The translations under genes and the position numbers were made by a program. From positions 64,566 to 128,565 of the IMG/VR virus record IMGVR_UViG_3300010348_000547: a stretch of DNA of 64,000 bases, one strand, 5' to 3'. The notes under the pieces are model-generated. The model was not told where the DNA came from. It ran no database searches and saw nothing but the letters and a program-made list of their open reading frames with translations. The stretch is from a virus (Duplodnaviria > Heunggongvirae > Uroviricota > Caudoviricetes). Positions 29,944 to 40,121 of the stretch are shown here, in pieces (position 1 is the stretch's first letter; every line of letters starts with the position of its first letter).

Positions 29944-30665
29944 CTGATAAAGATTAAGTTGACATTATTTATCCAGTGTAAGAACATTCCATGGGACTTA
30001 GCGTAAGCGACAAACTCTTCCTTCTGAACACCATTGTATTCTATACAAAGGCATTTACAACCAACTGCTGTTAAGTCAATCTGCTTGAGTATTTCTAAGT
30101 CCATACCTTCCGCGTCAATGGATATAAAGTCCCATTGCTGTCTACCACTTAAACGTTTGAAATAATCAAATGTAATAGAGTGTACTTGCACAGTTTCAAA
30201 CTGCGTATTGTAAGGCTCCCACTTTTTTATCTCTTCAGGTAAAAGGGTTGATACAAGAGCAATATCATCTGATGTAACCAAATGACCACTCTCATAAAGC
30301 GTGACATGACCAAACTTACCAATAGCGTAATTGAAAAGATTTACACCGGCTCTTCCTAAATACATTTGTTCTAGTCTTTCAAAAGCTTTAGGTGATGGTT
30401 CTACCAAATCTGCTTTCCAGCCACGTTTAATGAACTGATAAGAGTTTGAATAAGTGATTCCATCATTAGCCCCAATGTCTAAGACAGTACCTTTGTAATT
30501 AAGGCCCCACGTTGACATGAAGTAATTGTCAATGATTTTGTCTTCTCCATATTGCGCACTTGAATTCATAGAAATAAGCTTATTAATGCTATGCCCAAGG
30601 CTATATAGGCTACGACCAAGGCGTGTGTGCTTCGCCTGCTGTAATAATGTTCTGGCTCCCACCAC
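29940..30665 (-). CDS. FkbM-family SAM-dependent methyltransferase
   Basis: LDIGANDGITYS motif typical of the FkbM methyltransferase family. Confidence 0.5.
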   Translation of the reverse strand: MVGARTLLQQAKHTRLGRSLYSLGHSINKLISMNSSAQYGEDKIIDNYFMSTWGLNYKGTVLDIGANDGITYSNSYQFIKRGWKADLVEPSPKAFERLEQMYLGRAGVNLFNYAIGKFGHVTLYESGHLVTSDDIALVSTLLPEEIKKWEPYNTQFETVQVHSITFDYFKRLSGRQQWDFISIDAEGMDLEILKQIDLTAVGCKCLCIEYNGVQKEEFVAYAKSHGMFLHWINNVNLIFIR

Positions 30666-30672
30666 ATTCTTT

Positions 30673-31287
30673 TTAGTTTAAAGATTTAACAAAAGTTTCA
30701 GCCCACTCATTGGACTCTTTGCAACGTTGCACTTCCTCTGCATATTGCTTTGTGTGATACGCAATGTCATGGTCGATTGCTTCAATCATTTCATTACGTT
30801 TTGCTATTGGGTCAATGTGCTTTAATTGTTCCTCAATGCGTTTTAGCTCTTCTTCATGGTACTTTGGATCAGCATCCCAATCAATGGTGTCTGAAATCTG
30901 TTTTACCATGAAGTCTTTGATTCCTTTGTGCTGGTCCGTTGGAGGCTGCCATTTATTGACTTCATCCAAGAAATGATTCAGTCTTTTACCGATAGCATTT
31001 ATTTCAGCTATCTTCTGTGTCACTCTTTCCTTTTGTTCTTCAAGTTCTTTCTTGGTTTGAAGAGTGATTTCCAATACATCCATTTTCAGGACTTTGGCTT
31101 TCTGTTTTTCGTACTCGTTAATTTGCTTGAGATGATAGTCATCCGGTTTACGGTGTTCGTAAGGTTTATCGAAGGGTTCATCTCTCATGTGAATTGCAGC
31201 ACCAAATGCTCTCATGCACTGTTTAGCAAATTCTTTAAATGTTTTTGTCTTGCCGTCTACAATACCGGCCGTGTAACCTGTTGGCAT
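30673..31287 (-). CDS. hypothetical coiled-coil protein (204 aa)
   Basis: ORF. Confidence 0.45.
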   Translation of the reverse strand: MPTGYTAGIVDGKTKTFKEFAKQCMRAFGAAIHMRDEPFDKPYEHRKPDDYHLKQINEYEKQKAKVLKMDVLEITLQTKKELEEQKERVTQKIAEINAIGKRLNHFLDEVNKWQPPTDQHKGIKDFMVKQISDTIDWDADPKYHEEELKRIEEQLKHIDPIAKRNEMIEAIDHDIAYHTKQYAEEVQRCKESNEWAETFVKSLN

Positions 31288-31311
31288 ATGATTAATTATT
31301 AGTTATACAAG

Positions 31312-31344
31312 AAAAAAAAAGGACAGTACATCTCTGTACTGTCC
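31312..31344 (-). terminator. rho-independent terminator (minus strand)
   Basis: Perfect hairpin GGACAGTACA-tctc-TGTACTGTCC at 31321-31344 next to a 9-nt A-run on the plus strand, i.e. U9 after the hairpin on the minus strand. Confidence 0.65.
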
Positions 31345-31445
31345 TAATTGGAGTGGGTATCCGGTTCCGTTGACTCCGCTACGCTAGTCTTTCGTTGACA
31401 TCATTGGTCATGGTTTTCATGCCTCCGTCCTTTACCCAGGCGGTT

Positions 31446-31766
31446 TTATCCTAGGGAATCTTCAACTACCACATGTTTCACAATCCATTGAAGACCTGGT
31501 TTTATCCACTGATTCTTCTTACGGATTAAAAGCTTGTTTGCTTTTGGATAGAAGTTCACTAATCCCTCTGAACACTCAAAGATGTAACAATGATTTTTTT
31601 CATCATGTGTTATTTCAATGCCTTGTTTCAAAAGCATAGGTAAATACTTCTCTTCAAATCTTTCAAGACGGGCCTCTCTAATTGCACCAGTCATAAGACC
31701 GAGTGCTCTTAAATCATGGTCCGCCTCGTCAGCTTGCTTCTTTAATATTTCTGATTTTTTTTCCAT
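31446..31766 (-). CDS. hypothetical protein (106 aa)
   Basis: ORF. A structured 100-nt 3' UTR separates it from the terminator. Confidence 0.45.
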   Translation of the reverse strand: MEKKSEILKKQADEADHDLRALGLMTGAIREARLERFEEKYLPMLLKQGIEITHDEKNHCYIFECSEGLVNFYPKANKLLIRKKNQWIKPGLQWIVKHVVVEDSLG

Positions 31767-32212
31767 TATACTCCTGCCGGAACTAATTCAAATTCCTCTT
31801 TTGCCTCTTTCAACAATTTCTCCAAATAAGAGTCAACCCACTGATCAGGTACGGGAATACCAAATCGGTCTGCAAGAAAAAACTGGTAAGGAAAACAGTC
31901 ATCAATGTTAAGTTCTTGTAGTTTAAAGCCAAGCTTTCCACCTTGGATTAACATTTTACTGACTGCAATCACCGTGTACTTTTGTCCACGCTTTACCCAC
32001 TTTGATGTAGGTATCCCATCGGGTCTGTCGGCATCATTGATGCATATTACACTAAACGGCAGCATCTGGATAAAAGTCTTGTTCTGTTTCTTCAGGAGCC
32101 ACATAACCAGGGTTCCACTCTGGGTTTGTCGAAGCTTCGATGATAAGCTCATTACGTTCATGCGCTTGTTTACGCAATTCCTTATGATACTCTTCTTCGG
32201 TTCTTGGGTCAA
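31766..32212 (-). CDS. hypothetical protein (the start may be internal, near 32062)
   Basis: ORF that overlaps the next ORF in another frame. Confidence 0.35.
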   Translation of the reverse strand: MTQEPKKSIIRNCVNKRMNVMSLSSKLRQTQSGTLVMWLLKKQNKTFIQMLPFSVICINDADRPDGIPTSKWVKRGQKYTVIAVSKMLIQGGKLGFKLQELNIDDCFPYQFFLADRFGIPVPDQWVDSYLEKLLKEAKEEFELVPAGV

Positions 32213-32360
32213 ACCCTAATGAGGGTTGCCCCACCGGTTCGTAGTTTTCATTACCTAAGTAAATGTCTACGTCTAGTCCTCCTCCTTCACGAGGGACTGT
32301 CATCAACAAGAGAATGTGGTCTTGTTCGTCTTTCTTTGTTTTGATTGTTGTTGTTGCCAT
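32052..32360 (-). CDS. hypothetical protein (102 aa)
   Basis: ORF. Confidence 0.35.
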   Translation of the reverse strand: MATTTIKTKKDEQDHILLLMTVPREGGGLDVDIYLGNENYEPVGQPSLGFDPRTEEEYHKELRKQAHERNELIIEASTNPEWNPGYVAPEETEQDFYPDAAV

Positions 32361-32520
32361 TAGCTTGCTTTTACTTTTTGTTTACAGTGTACACAACGCC
32401 ATGAAGGAGTACCTACTCTGCGCCCACTCCTCCTAATTATTTTGAAGGAGTGAACTTTACCATCTGTATTACTAAGACAAACATCCATATTCATCTTTTC
32501 CTCAGCTGGCTTTTCAGGTT

Positions 32521-32865
32521 CTAAGATAATCTCCATACGTGAGAGCCAATATACGTCTTTTTCGCATCAAGTATAGCTTTAGACGTCAAATAAATTTCTC
32601 CCTTTTTCTTGCCACCATTCATCTTACGTTTTAAATTTAAAACTAAGTTTGCGGCTTGGCTACGTGTTGCACAAATCGTAACAGGGATATGAACCGATGT
32701 GGTTTTATCTCCAGGTACTAATTTTTGTACTTGTTCTTCAAGTAAAGGTAAGAACTCACCATGTACTGCTGAGCGATTACCTGTGAACGTTATGTCTTTC
32801 TTAATCGCGAAAGGGTTCACTTTTTCTGTCTTTTTTGCTGCTGCTTTTACTGTTGTTTTTGCCAT
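32521..32865 (-). CDS. basic hypothetical protein (114 aa), possibly DNA-binding
   Basis: Lys/Ala-rich N-terminus. Confidence 0.4.
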   Translation of the reverse strand: MAKTTVKAAAKKTEKVNPFAIKKDITFTGNRSAVHGEFLPLLEEQVQKLVPGDKTTSVHIPVTICATRSQAANLVLNLKRKMNGGKKKGEIYLTSKAILDAKKTYIGSHVWRLS

Positions 32866-32875
32866 GTTGTTTAAA

Positions 32876-34096
32876 TTAAATTGTTTCGTGAATTGTGCTT
32901 ATTTTGTTTTGGTCAAACCCTTCAAGAGCTATCTTAACCCAGTACTCATCTACACTGTCTTTATAACAAAGAATGTGTACTGTTGACGTTTCTTTAGGAT
33001 TTAATCTCAGCAATCGTCCGATGCGTTGGCTTGACTTACGCTCATTACCATATGCATGCATAATGATTCCTTGCTTAAGATTAGGGACATTGACACCTTC
33101 GCTCAATTGTAGAACGGATGCCAATTTTGTAATTGACCCTTCCTTGAATGCTTTCAAGTTGTCTTCTGATTGCTTATTCTTGCTATGATAGCTAGGAATA
33201 CCAAACTTATCAGCTTGTTCCTGTGTATTAGCAAACAGAATGACTTTGTCTTTAATTTGATTCAGGAGAATGGATGCGAGTTTCTCTTTGCTTGGGAAAC
33301 TCTGGAGCGCTTTCATCCGCATTACACGCATGATTTGCTCTTCTTTTTTGGTACTGGCTGCATCTAATCGATTGCACCAGTAGTTGTAAGTCTCAAGTTC
33401 TGATGCGTACCACTGCTTACCTGTCTTGGTCTTCATGACCATTGTCTTTAATGGATTCAAGCGTAATGTGTGAATAATGATTCTATAGTCATTAAGGATT
33501 TTGTCCTTAACAGCATCATCTGTTACATACTTGTACACTATTGGACAATATTTGTCTACCATTTTACCTTTCTCTGAGCCTTTATATTTTGGCGGAGTTC
33601 CTGTAAGACCTAAAATCTTATTAGAGTATTCACTTAACCAAGGATCATGTGTTTCTAATAAGGAATGACACTCATCTAGATAGACAACATCAAAATCATG
33701 GTCTTGCTTAGGAAGAGATAAATAGGTGGTAAACACCATGTGATCTACGAGATGTGGAAGACCGTGCTCTACAGCTTGACTCTTCCATTCCTCAAAGACA
33801 GATACTTTAGGAGCAACAATGAGGAATCGTGCATACTCCGAGTAATTAGCATTCATGTGACGTAAACCAAGTAAAGTCTTTCCAGAACCCATACTCATAC
33901 CTACACCACATCTATGCAGTGGTAAAATCAAAGCAAGAGCTTCACTTTGGATTTCACTTTTGTTTTTCATGATATTCGAAATAACGTTGAGAGAGTTCTC
34001 GGTGTTTGCAATCTGGACAGGTGTATGCACCATAAAGACCAATACCCGCTTTCCACTCTCCAATTGTAGCGTGTCTACCACATCTACATCTAGCAT
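32876..34096 (-). CDS. SF2 (DEAD/DEAH-like) helicase
   Basis: Walker A MGSGKT, DECH box VYLDECHSL, motif VI HAYGNERKSSQRIGRLLR. Confidence 0.6.
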   Translation of the reverse strand: MLDVDVVDTLQLESGKRVLVFMVHTPVQIANTENSLNVISNIMKNKSEIQSEALALILPLHRCGVGMSMGSGKTLLGLRHMNANYSEYARFLIVAPKVSVFEEWKSQAVEHGLPHLVDHMVFTTYLSLPKQDHDFDVVYLDECHSLLETHDPWLSEYSNKILGLTGTPPKYKGSEKGKMVDKYCPIVYKYVTDDAVKDKILNDYRIIIHTLRLNPLKTMVMKTKTGKQWYASELETYNYWCNRLDAASTKKEEQIMRVMRMKALQSFPSKEKLASILLNQIKDKVILFANTQEQADKFGIPSYHSKNKQSEDNLKAFKEGSITKLASVLQLSEGVNVPNLKQGIIMHAYGNERKSSQRIGRLLRLNPKETSTVHILCYKDSVDEYWVKIALEGFDQNKISTIHETI

Positions 34097-34134
34097 GGCT
34101 GCTAGGCATAAGATTATTATTGTGCTTGCTCATC

Positions 34135-34368
34135 TTACTTTATTGCATTAACAGCTTCTTCAGTTGTATTGTATAATGTCCAGCTTGTTGCCGGCATTTC
34201 CATCTTAGAACCGATTTGCTTTATTATTGGTACAACTGTACCTTCAATGTTTTCGTAAGCTTTAATCTTGCAAGCTAAAACCTTTGCACCATGTTTGCTT
34301 TTATTTTTCTGTGAATAATGTTTGTGTACAGCATAGACTGTTGTACCAATTCTTTTATAACCAATCAT
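34135..34368 (-). CDS. hypothetical protein (77 aa)
   Basis: ORF. Confidence 0.35.
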   Translation of the reverse strand: MIGYKRIGTTVYAVHKHYSQKNKSKHGAKVLACKIKAYENIEGTVVPIIKQIGSKMEMPATSWTLYNTTEEAVNAIK

Positions 34369-34370
34369 GA

Positions 34371-35174
34371 TTACGCGTTTAGATTAACACCTGGTAATTG
34401 CATTTGAGCTGCAACAGTTACATCCACAAAGGCGATACCTGATTTAGGTGCACCATGTGGAGCAAATAACTGCTCAGCTACTTCTTGTTTTACACACCAA
34501 ATATTACCACTTCTGTAAGGATTGGTAGCATCTTCCGTTTTTGCTTCTACCGCGCCAATTAAGATAAAGCCTTTGGATTTCATTTCTTTGCACTCATCAC
34601 ATAGTTCTTTAGACCATACGTTTTGGTTGTGCATTTCTTCTACTTTCTTGGCTGCACTCTCAGTTAAGCGAGTATTCATCACAACGGTACCACCGTTTTC
34701 CATTTTCTTTGTGCACACTGGACATAACTCGTTGATCAGTGCTACACCTAACTTTTTTGACATAGCTTTTTCTTTTTTTAGCCGCTTATCACGCAGCTGG
34801 TTAATTACTTGTTCAGCAACAATAAGATTTTCTTCGTCTGGAGAATTAATCATGGCTTTAATGTTATCATACTCTTCAGTAGTAATAATATCAAGTGTTT
34901 TAAGTTTTTCGAGTTCCATAGGTAGCAAGAGTTTTGCTGTTCCTGTATCTCTCTTGACTTTATTTTGCCAAGTAACTGTTCTTGGAAGACCTGCTGATTT
35001 GCCTGACATAGGTGTCCATGTATAAGAACGAGGAGCTGTTTTCCCTTTAAAGAATTCAGCCATTTTCGTTCTCATCATGATATCCACTTTAGCTTGGTCT
35101 CCTTTGAATAAGACGGTGAAAAACTGTTTCATTTCATTGTACTGATCTCGACCAATCTTATCTTGAATTTCCAT
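34371..35174 (-). CDS. hypothetical protein (267 aa)
   Basis: ORF. Confidence 0.5.
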   Translation of the reverse strand: MEIQDKIGRDQYNEMKQFFTVLFKGDQAKVDIMMRTKMAEFFKGKTAPRSYTWTPMSGKSAGLPRTVTWQNKVKRDTGTAKLLLPMELEKLKTLDIITTEEYDNIKAMINSPDEENLIVAEQVINQLRDKRLKKEKAMSKKLGVALINELCPVCTKKMENGGTVVMNTRLTESAAKKVEEMHNQNVWSKELCDECKEMKSKGFILIGAVEAKTEDATNPYRSGNIWCVKQEVAEQLFAPHGAPKSGIAFVDVTVAAQMQLPGVNLNA

Positions 35175-35794
35175 CAGTTCAAATTCTCTTTACTGTTGAT
35201 TCTTTGCATTTGTTGAGCAAAATGGTCATAGTTGTCTGTTAACAAATCTGCCATAATACCGCCTACAAAGCCTTCTTTCTTACTAGCCCATTCAAGGTCC
35301 ATGATTTTTTCCAGCTTTACATCAGCTGGGTCAGCTTCATTTCTCTTGATTTCGTAGTGAACAGAGGCTTCTCTGTCAAATGTTTCAAACATGAACATTA
35401 AGACTTCCTTCTTGTCTTTAGCTTCTGAGGGACGTTCCATTAAAGGGTCAACTAATTGACCTTCTGAATTAACATAAGGAGTAACTGCATCTTTATCTAC
35501 CATCTTTGCCCAGCCTTCACAAATAAAGGCTGTAGCTACAGGCTTCATTTCTTTGTTAAACTTACGCATAATAGCAGCAGCTGCTTGTTTACCCTCAGCA
35601 TTCATGAACAATGGTCCGATACCACCCAAGACTGCAATGGTTAACTTATTTTGGTCTTCAGGTATAATCAAAGCAAACAACATAGGTTCAATTTCACCGG
35701 CTTGATTAAACATGTCTTGCACCATAAGTTGCACATTCTTTTTAAAGAGTACTAACTCTTCTTCAAACTGTTCTTTAATTGTCTTTACGTTCAT
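35174..35794 (-). CDS. hypothetical protein (206 aa)
   Basis: ORF. Confidence 0.5.
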   Translation of the reverse strand: MNVKTIKEQFEEELVLFKKNVQLMVQDMFNQAGEIEPMLFALIIPEDQNKLTIAVLGGIGPLFMNAEGKQAAAAIMRKFNKEMKPVATAFICEGWAKMVDKDAVTPYVNSEGQLVDPLMERPSEAKDKKEVLMFMFETFDREASVHYEIKRNEADPADVKLEKIMDLEWASKKEGFVGGIMADLLTDNYDHFAQQMQRINSKENLN

Positions 35795-36116
35795 TGTTTG
35801 TCTCTGTGTTTTTAATTCTCTTGAATTTCTTAGGCTTCAAGGTTGCCATAATTGTAAGAGCTACTAAATTGTTTTCTTCATCAGGTGACTTTAACATGTT
35901 CTGCAAGTTTACACCTTGCTCTTTGCTCACCTGTTTTTCTAAAATCAATTTTTCTACAGCATCTTGAACTAATCGCAATGCTTCAGCACCACCTCTTCGG
36001 TTATTAATTAGTTCTACCCATTCTTCAGGAGACTTTTCATATCTCCAGCGTCTTGTCCAAAACAATTTCATATGTGCTTTGTATTTGCTCTTAGACATTC
36101 CTCTTTTATAACTCAT
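35775..36116 (-). CDS. hypothetical protein (113 aa)
   Basis: ORF. Confidence 0.4.
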   Translation of the reverse strand: MSYKRGMSKSKYKAHMKLFWTRRWRYEKSPEEWVELINNRRGGAEALRLVQDAVEKLILEKQVSKEQGVNLQNMLKSPDEENNLVALTIMATLKPKKFKRIKNTETNNERKDN

Positions 36117-36580
36117 TTGTCTAAGCGTGTTAGTGAAAAGCCCATTTCCTTGGCTTCTTTAGGATGCATTTCGATCCATTCATGGCAAGCTCTGCATGCA
36201 GCTAGCCAATAAAGTATATTCAGGAGTAAGTCACCAACTCGACCAGCTTTGTGATGTACATCAGTTGCCTGACCTGTACACACACCTGGTATGTGAGCTT
36301 GGCACATACAATTCTTGGAGAGAAACTCCTTTCTCCTGATTGAATACTCTTGTTCTTCTTTAGCTCTTTTGGGAGAGCGTGAGGGTACGCGCTTTTGCAC
36401 AGACGTTGGTTTAATTCTGGGTCTAACTGAAAGAGCACTCCAGCATGACTTGCAATAACGTTTCCCCTCATGATTCTTCCAGATGAACTGGAACTCTCCA
36501 CAAGGGCCATCACACTTTTTCTTCTTTGCCTTCATTTGAATCCGGACTCTCAGAAGTTGTGGTAGGTGCATCAGTAGCAT
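36113..36580 (-). CDS. Cys/His-rich zinc-binding protein (NinG/Rap-like?)
   Basis: Several CxxC clusters plus DVHHK...ACRACHEWIEMHP, which resembles lambda NinG-type proteins. Tentative. Confidence 0.35.
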   Translation of the reverse strand: MLLMHLPQLLRVRIQMKAKKKKCDGPCGEFQFIWKNHEGKRYCKSCWSALSVRPRIKPTSVQKRVPSRSPKRAKEEQEYSIRRKEFLSKNCMCQAHIPGVCTGQATDVHHKAGRVGDLLLNILYWLAACRACHEWIEMHPKEAKEMGFSLTRLDK

Positions 36581-36770
36581 TACGCCCTAATTCTTTCTTA
36601 CCGATAATAACTCCGGTGCTGAACGATTTGTTTACAACTGTAATACGACTTCTGATTTCAGTGATGTCATTGTTTTGTTTCATCATCTGTTTTAACAGAG
36701 CTTCTTCAGCTGCATTCTCAGGGCATAGTATCAATGATACAGAGCCATTCATGATAAATTCTACCTGCAT
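36510..36770 (-). CDS. hypothetical protein (86 aa)
   Basis: ORF. Confidence 0.35.
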   Translation of the reverse strand: MQVEFIMNGSVSLILCPENAAEEALLKQMMKQNNDITEIRSRITVVNKSFSTGVIIGKKELGRNATDAPTTTSESPDSNEGKEEKV

Positions 36771-37261
36771 GGTGTTTCTTGTTTAAGTTGATAAAAATTG
36801 GATGGCAGAACGCCTTCCTGAATTAATTTGGTAACGATTTCTCTCTTGGTAATACCTAACTGCTTAAAATCAATTGTGCAATTGAAATCAGGGTCAACTT
36901 CTTCAACAGTCCTAACGAAGTATTCAGCAAATTCTGTCTTAGGAAATTTCCTTTGAAAGAACCGCGCTGTCATTACATTCACGACCTGTTGTTTCCAGAT
37001 GTTTAACACCCTTTTTGCTTTCTTCTGCATTTTGACTATGCGTTTACGTTTTTCCCAATGCATGTCTTTTATCTCATCTTGTGTATAGACAGATAAGCCA
37101 AACATTACTCTATTATACAAAAAATTCTGGTAATTATTCATAGGGTTATGAACAACTAGTCCCACTTTCTTGCCATTTAAAGTATTGCCAGTGAGCTGAT
37201 ACTCACTCATTATGCCATTGTACTCAACGTTTACCGGAGTTTGTTTTTTGTGTTTTGTCAT
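36761..37261 (-). CDS. hypothetical protein (166 aa)
   Basis: ORF. Confidence 0.45.
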   Translation of the reverse strand: MTKHKKQTPVNVEYNGIMSEYQLTGNTLNGKKVGLVVHNPMNNYQNFLYNRVMFGLSVYTQDEIKDMHWEKRKRIVKMQKKAKRVLNIWKQQVVNVMTARFFQRKFPKTEFAEYFVRTVEEVDPDFNCTIDFKQLGITKREIVTKLIQEGVLPSNFYQLKQETPCR

Positions 37262-37284
37262 GGTGATTGGGTTGATTAGTTTAA

Positions 37285-37836
37285 CTACATATTATCTATT
37301 GGGCCTGCGTCAAGTGTATAATCGGCTTCAGCCATTTCTTTGTAAGCTAAACGAATCTCATCTCCATTTGTGTGACTCATAGGATTACCTAGAGCGTCCA
37401 AGATAAACACATCTTGGGCATTTGGATTTGGACTATAAAAAGTCTTACGGTAAATAGGAGAACCATCTATGCAACACACAATACCGGTTTTCCCGGCTAT
37501 TTTATAATCGCGTTGCGGTTCTTTCTTGTTAAACGGTGTCAATTGCTCCTTAAAAACAATGGTGCCCGTTAATTCTTGTCCTTCAAACCATCCAAACCTT
37601 TTCAAGTCTTTAATAAGACCTGGTATTAGAGCGCTTACAGGTTTCATACGACCGAAACCTCGCTCATCAATGATTATACGGTGTTGTTCCACACGTATAT
37701 GCCCCCATTTTGCATTGTTCTTTGAGGGAATGACTACATTTCCAGAAACGGCCGTAACTATTACGGCAGATTTCTCTGCTTGTTGAGTTGATATCATAAA
37801 GGGTTGAGTTGGTACAGCTATAAACACAAAAGACAA
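37285..37836 (-). CDS. hypothetical protein (183 aa)
   Basis: ORF. Confidence 0.45.
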   Translation of the reverse strand: MSFVFIAVPTQPFMISTQQAEKSAVIVTAVSGNVVIPSKNNAKWGHIRVEQHRIIIDERGFGRMKPVSALIPGLIKDLKRFGWFEGQELTGTIVFKEQLTPFNKKEPQRDYKIAGKTGIVCCIDGSPIYRKTFYSPNPNAQDVFILDALGNPMSHTNGDEIRLAYKEMAEADYTLDAGPIDNM

Positions 37837-37853
37837 GTCAGCTGCGAACTTGT

Positions 37854-38153
37854 CTAATCTTCAACGATGTTGTCTGGAAAATCTGAAATGTCGTCAAGAA
37901 GTATTTCATCACCACCTAAGTTGTCACCATGACTACGGTCAGGGTCATCTTCTTGATAATCCATTGAGTGGTCTTCATCACTGTCATCAGGAGGTGGTTG
38001 TTGTTTCTTACGGATTGCGGAACCGTAAAAAGGGCTAGTAGCATAGTTTCCTGCGTTAATGCTCATAAGGTATTGGATATCTTGGTCATCAAGATCCAAG
38101 TATTCCTCTACAGTTAAGTGTATGACCTTACCATTTGGCAGTTGATATATCAT
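37854..38153 (-). CDS. acidic hypothetical protein (99 aa)
   Basis: ORF. Confidence 0.4.
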   Translation of the reverse strand: MIYQLPNGKVIHLTVEEYLDLDDQDIQYLMSINAGNYATSPFYGSAIRKKQQPPPDDSDEDHSMDYQEDDPDRSHGDNLGGDEILLDDISDFPDNIVED

Positions 38154-38213
38154 GTGCTAATAAGATTCCCTGAACAAATATACTTCTTTTTTCAACAATC
38201 TGCATGTAACTTG

Positions 38214-38432
38214 TTAACTTTTAATGAGTAAGTAGATTACAGCACCTGATAACAATAGAGTGAACATTCCAAGGGCAATGTACATGCGCCATAGTTCACT
38301 TAACTTGTTTTCTAATTCTGTTTTTTGCTGCTCTACATACTTGTTAAAGTTGTCCAAGTACAAATACTTCTTTTTGTTTTTGGGCTTAACACCGTTATTC
38401 AACGATGAAGACCCTGCCTTCTCTTCTGACAT
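38214..38432 (-). CDS. small membrane protein (72 aa)
   Basis: C-terminal TM helix. Confidence 0.35.
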   Translation of the reverse strand: MSEEKAGSSSLNNGVKPKNKKKYLYLDNFNKYVEQQKTELENKLSELWRMYIALGMFTLLLSGAVIYLLIKS

Positions 38433-38643
38433 GTTCTTTTTCTTCTAGTTCTTTAATAATTCGCTCCACGGTACGTCGGTTGACGCCTGCAAGTTCTGAC
38501 AGAGTCTTGATAGATGGATAGCACCTACGTTCTTTGTCAAGGAATGTACACAGTAATGCGTACAACGCCTTGGCACGAAGTGATAGTCCAGGATCTTGGA
38601 CTATGTCAGCGTGGACTATTCCAAATTTTCTTTGCTTTGTCAT
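38395..38643 (-). CDS. helix-turn-helix DNA-binding protein
   Basis: LSELAGVNRRTVERIIKELEE is a winged-helix recognition motif. Confidence 0.5.
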   Translation of the reverse strand: MTKQRKFGIVHADIVQDPGLSLRAKALYALLCTFLDKERRCYPSIKTLSELAGVNRRTVERIIKELEEKEHVRREGRVFIVE

Positions 38644-38667
38644 AGCTATGTGGATTAATGTGATTGC

Positions 38668-39141
38668 CTAGAAAGGCTTATCATCACTTAAGTTCTCGGG
38701 ATATTCCTCCGAGTGATTGAATACAACATCTGGGATACATGAATAGGAATCTTCTGTTGAATTACCTGATTCATCTATGCGCTCATAACGTACTTGTATA
38801 GATTCACGACGGTTGTGATTGATATCAACAACTACAGCTTTCACTAATGTTTCTTTTACTAGTAAACCTGCTTCACGCATTCTATCTTTATTCATACGCC
38901 ATGTGGGCATGTTGTCCCAAGGTATTAGTACATCATCTCCTATCTTTACATGCACTGATGGTTTTAATCCACTAAATGCATTATACAGATGAGATAAACC
39001 CATTTCTGAATCTGCTAAACCATCTACAATGGTTTCTGCGATAAGAGTGGCATGTGGGGTACCTTTCATGCACCCCACTAGCCTTTCTTTAATTTGTTCC
39101 ACAGATGTTCTTACTTCTATGTATGACTTTTTTCTTGACAT
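38668..39141 (-). CDS. hypothetical protein (157 aa)
   Basis: ORF. Confidence 0.45.
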   Translation of the reverse strand: MSRKKSYIEVRTSVEQIKERLVGCMKGTPHATLIAETIVDGLADSEMGLSHLYNAFSGLKPSVHVKIGDDVLIPWDNMPTWRMNKDRMREAGLLVKETLVKAVVVDINHNRRESIQVRYERIDESGNSTEDSYSCIPDVVFNHSEEYPENLSDDKPF

Positions 39142-40121
39142 TACTTTAAGTTAATCATGGGTGTGTTATTACCTAAGATTGTAGTTGGCAACTTACCATC
39201 CCAAGTTTGTGCTTTGATAAAGTCCACATAAATTGGAGACAATTCTTGTTTCTTCAAACGCATTGCTTCTGCTACACCTTTGGCTTCAATGATATCCGCT
39301 TGTGCTTTACCTGATGCTGTAATTACGGCTTTAGCTGAGTCACCTTTAGCTTGAGCGATTAACTTCTTGGCATTGGCATCTGCTACTAAAGCTTCTTGCA
39401 TTTTAGCTTGTGCTTCTTGAATTGCTTTGGTCTTATTTACAATAGCCTCTTTTAATGCTTCAGGAGGAACAATGTTGGTTCTCAACTGTGATACCGTAAA
39501 CCATTTAGAAACGCGCTTATTACATTCTGCTACAATAGCTGCTTCAAACTGTTCTCGGTTATTGAAGATGTCATCAACTGCCCACTTATTGGCTACGTCA
39601 TTAACAGAGCCACATACAGCATTCATTAACCAGCCCTGTTCAATTTCTTTAACGCTTACACGCAAGTTGACGAACATATCACCTACCTGGTCTGGCTTTA
39701 ATGTGTAATTGAATGTTGGTTTAATCGTTGCTGAGAATCCTCCTTTAGTAATTACACCCTGGTCTGCATACTCAATATGCTGTTGGAATGTAGGAAACTC
39801 ATATAAGTCTTCAGCCCAATTATTATACACGACCCAACCTGTTTTATAAGTATAGTCTGATACACCACGTTCATTACCGGTTAAGTTCACTTTGATACCA
39901 ATATGACCCGCATCTACACGTTCAAGACTATAAGGCTGAAATATGGCTACAATAAGAGCGCTCACCGCAATCACAATTGGCATCTTCAGCCAAGAACCTT
40001 TTACCTTTCGGATTTTATCTCCATAACGCGTTTCGGTCACTGTGAAACCGTCATTACGAGTTGCTACTAATAAACCACAGGCTAATGCTAAGCCTACTAA
40101 CAAGATAATTAATGAGATCAT
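39141..40121 (-). CDS. SPFH/band-7 domain membrane protein
   Basis: N-terminal TM anchor. The Ala/Lys/Gln-rich coiled tail (AIQEAQAKMQEALVADANAKKLIAQAKGDSAKA) is typical of HflK/C and prohibitin-like proteins. Confidence 0.55.
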   Translation of the reverse strand: MISLIILLVGLALACGLLVATRNDGFTVTETRYGDKIRKVKGSWLKMPIVIAVSALIVAIFQPYSLERVDAGHIGIKVNLTGNERGVSDYTYKTGWVVYNNWAEDLYEFPTFQQHIEYADQGVITKGGFSATIKPTFNYTLKPDQVGDMFVNLRVSVKEIEQGWLMNAVCGSVNDVANKWAVDDIFNNREQFEAAIVAECNKRVSKWFTVSQLRTNIVPPEALKEAIVNKTKAIQEAQAKMQEALVADANAKKLIAQAKGDSAKAVITASGKAQADIIEAKGVAEAMRLKKQELSPIYVDFIKAQTWDGKLPTTILGNNTPMINLK

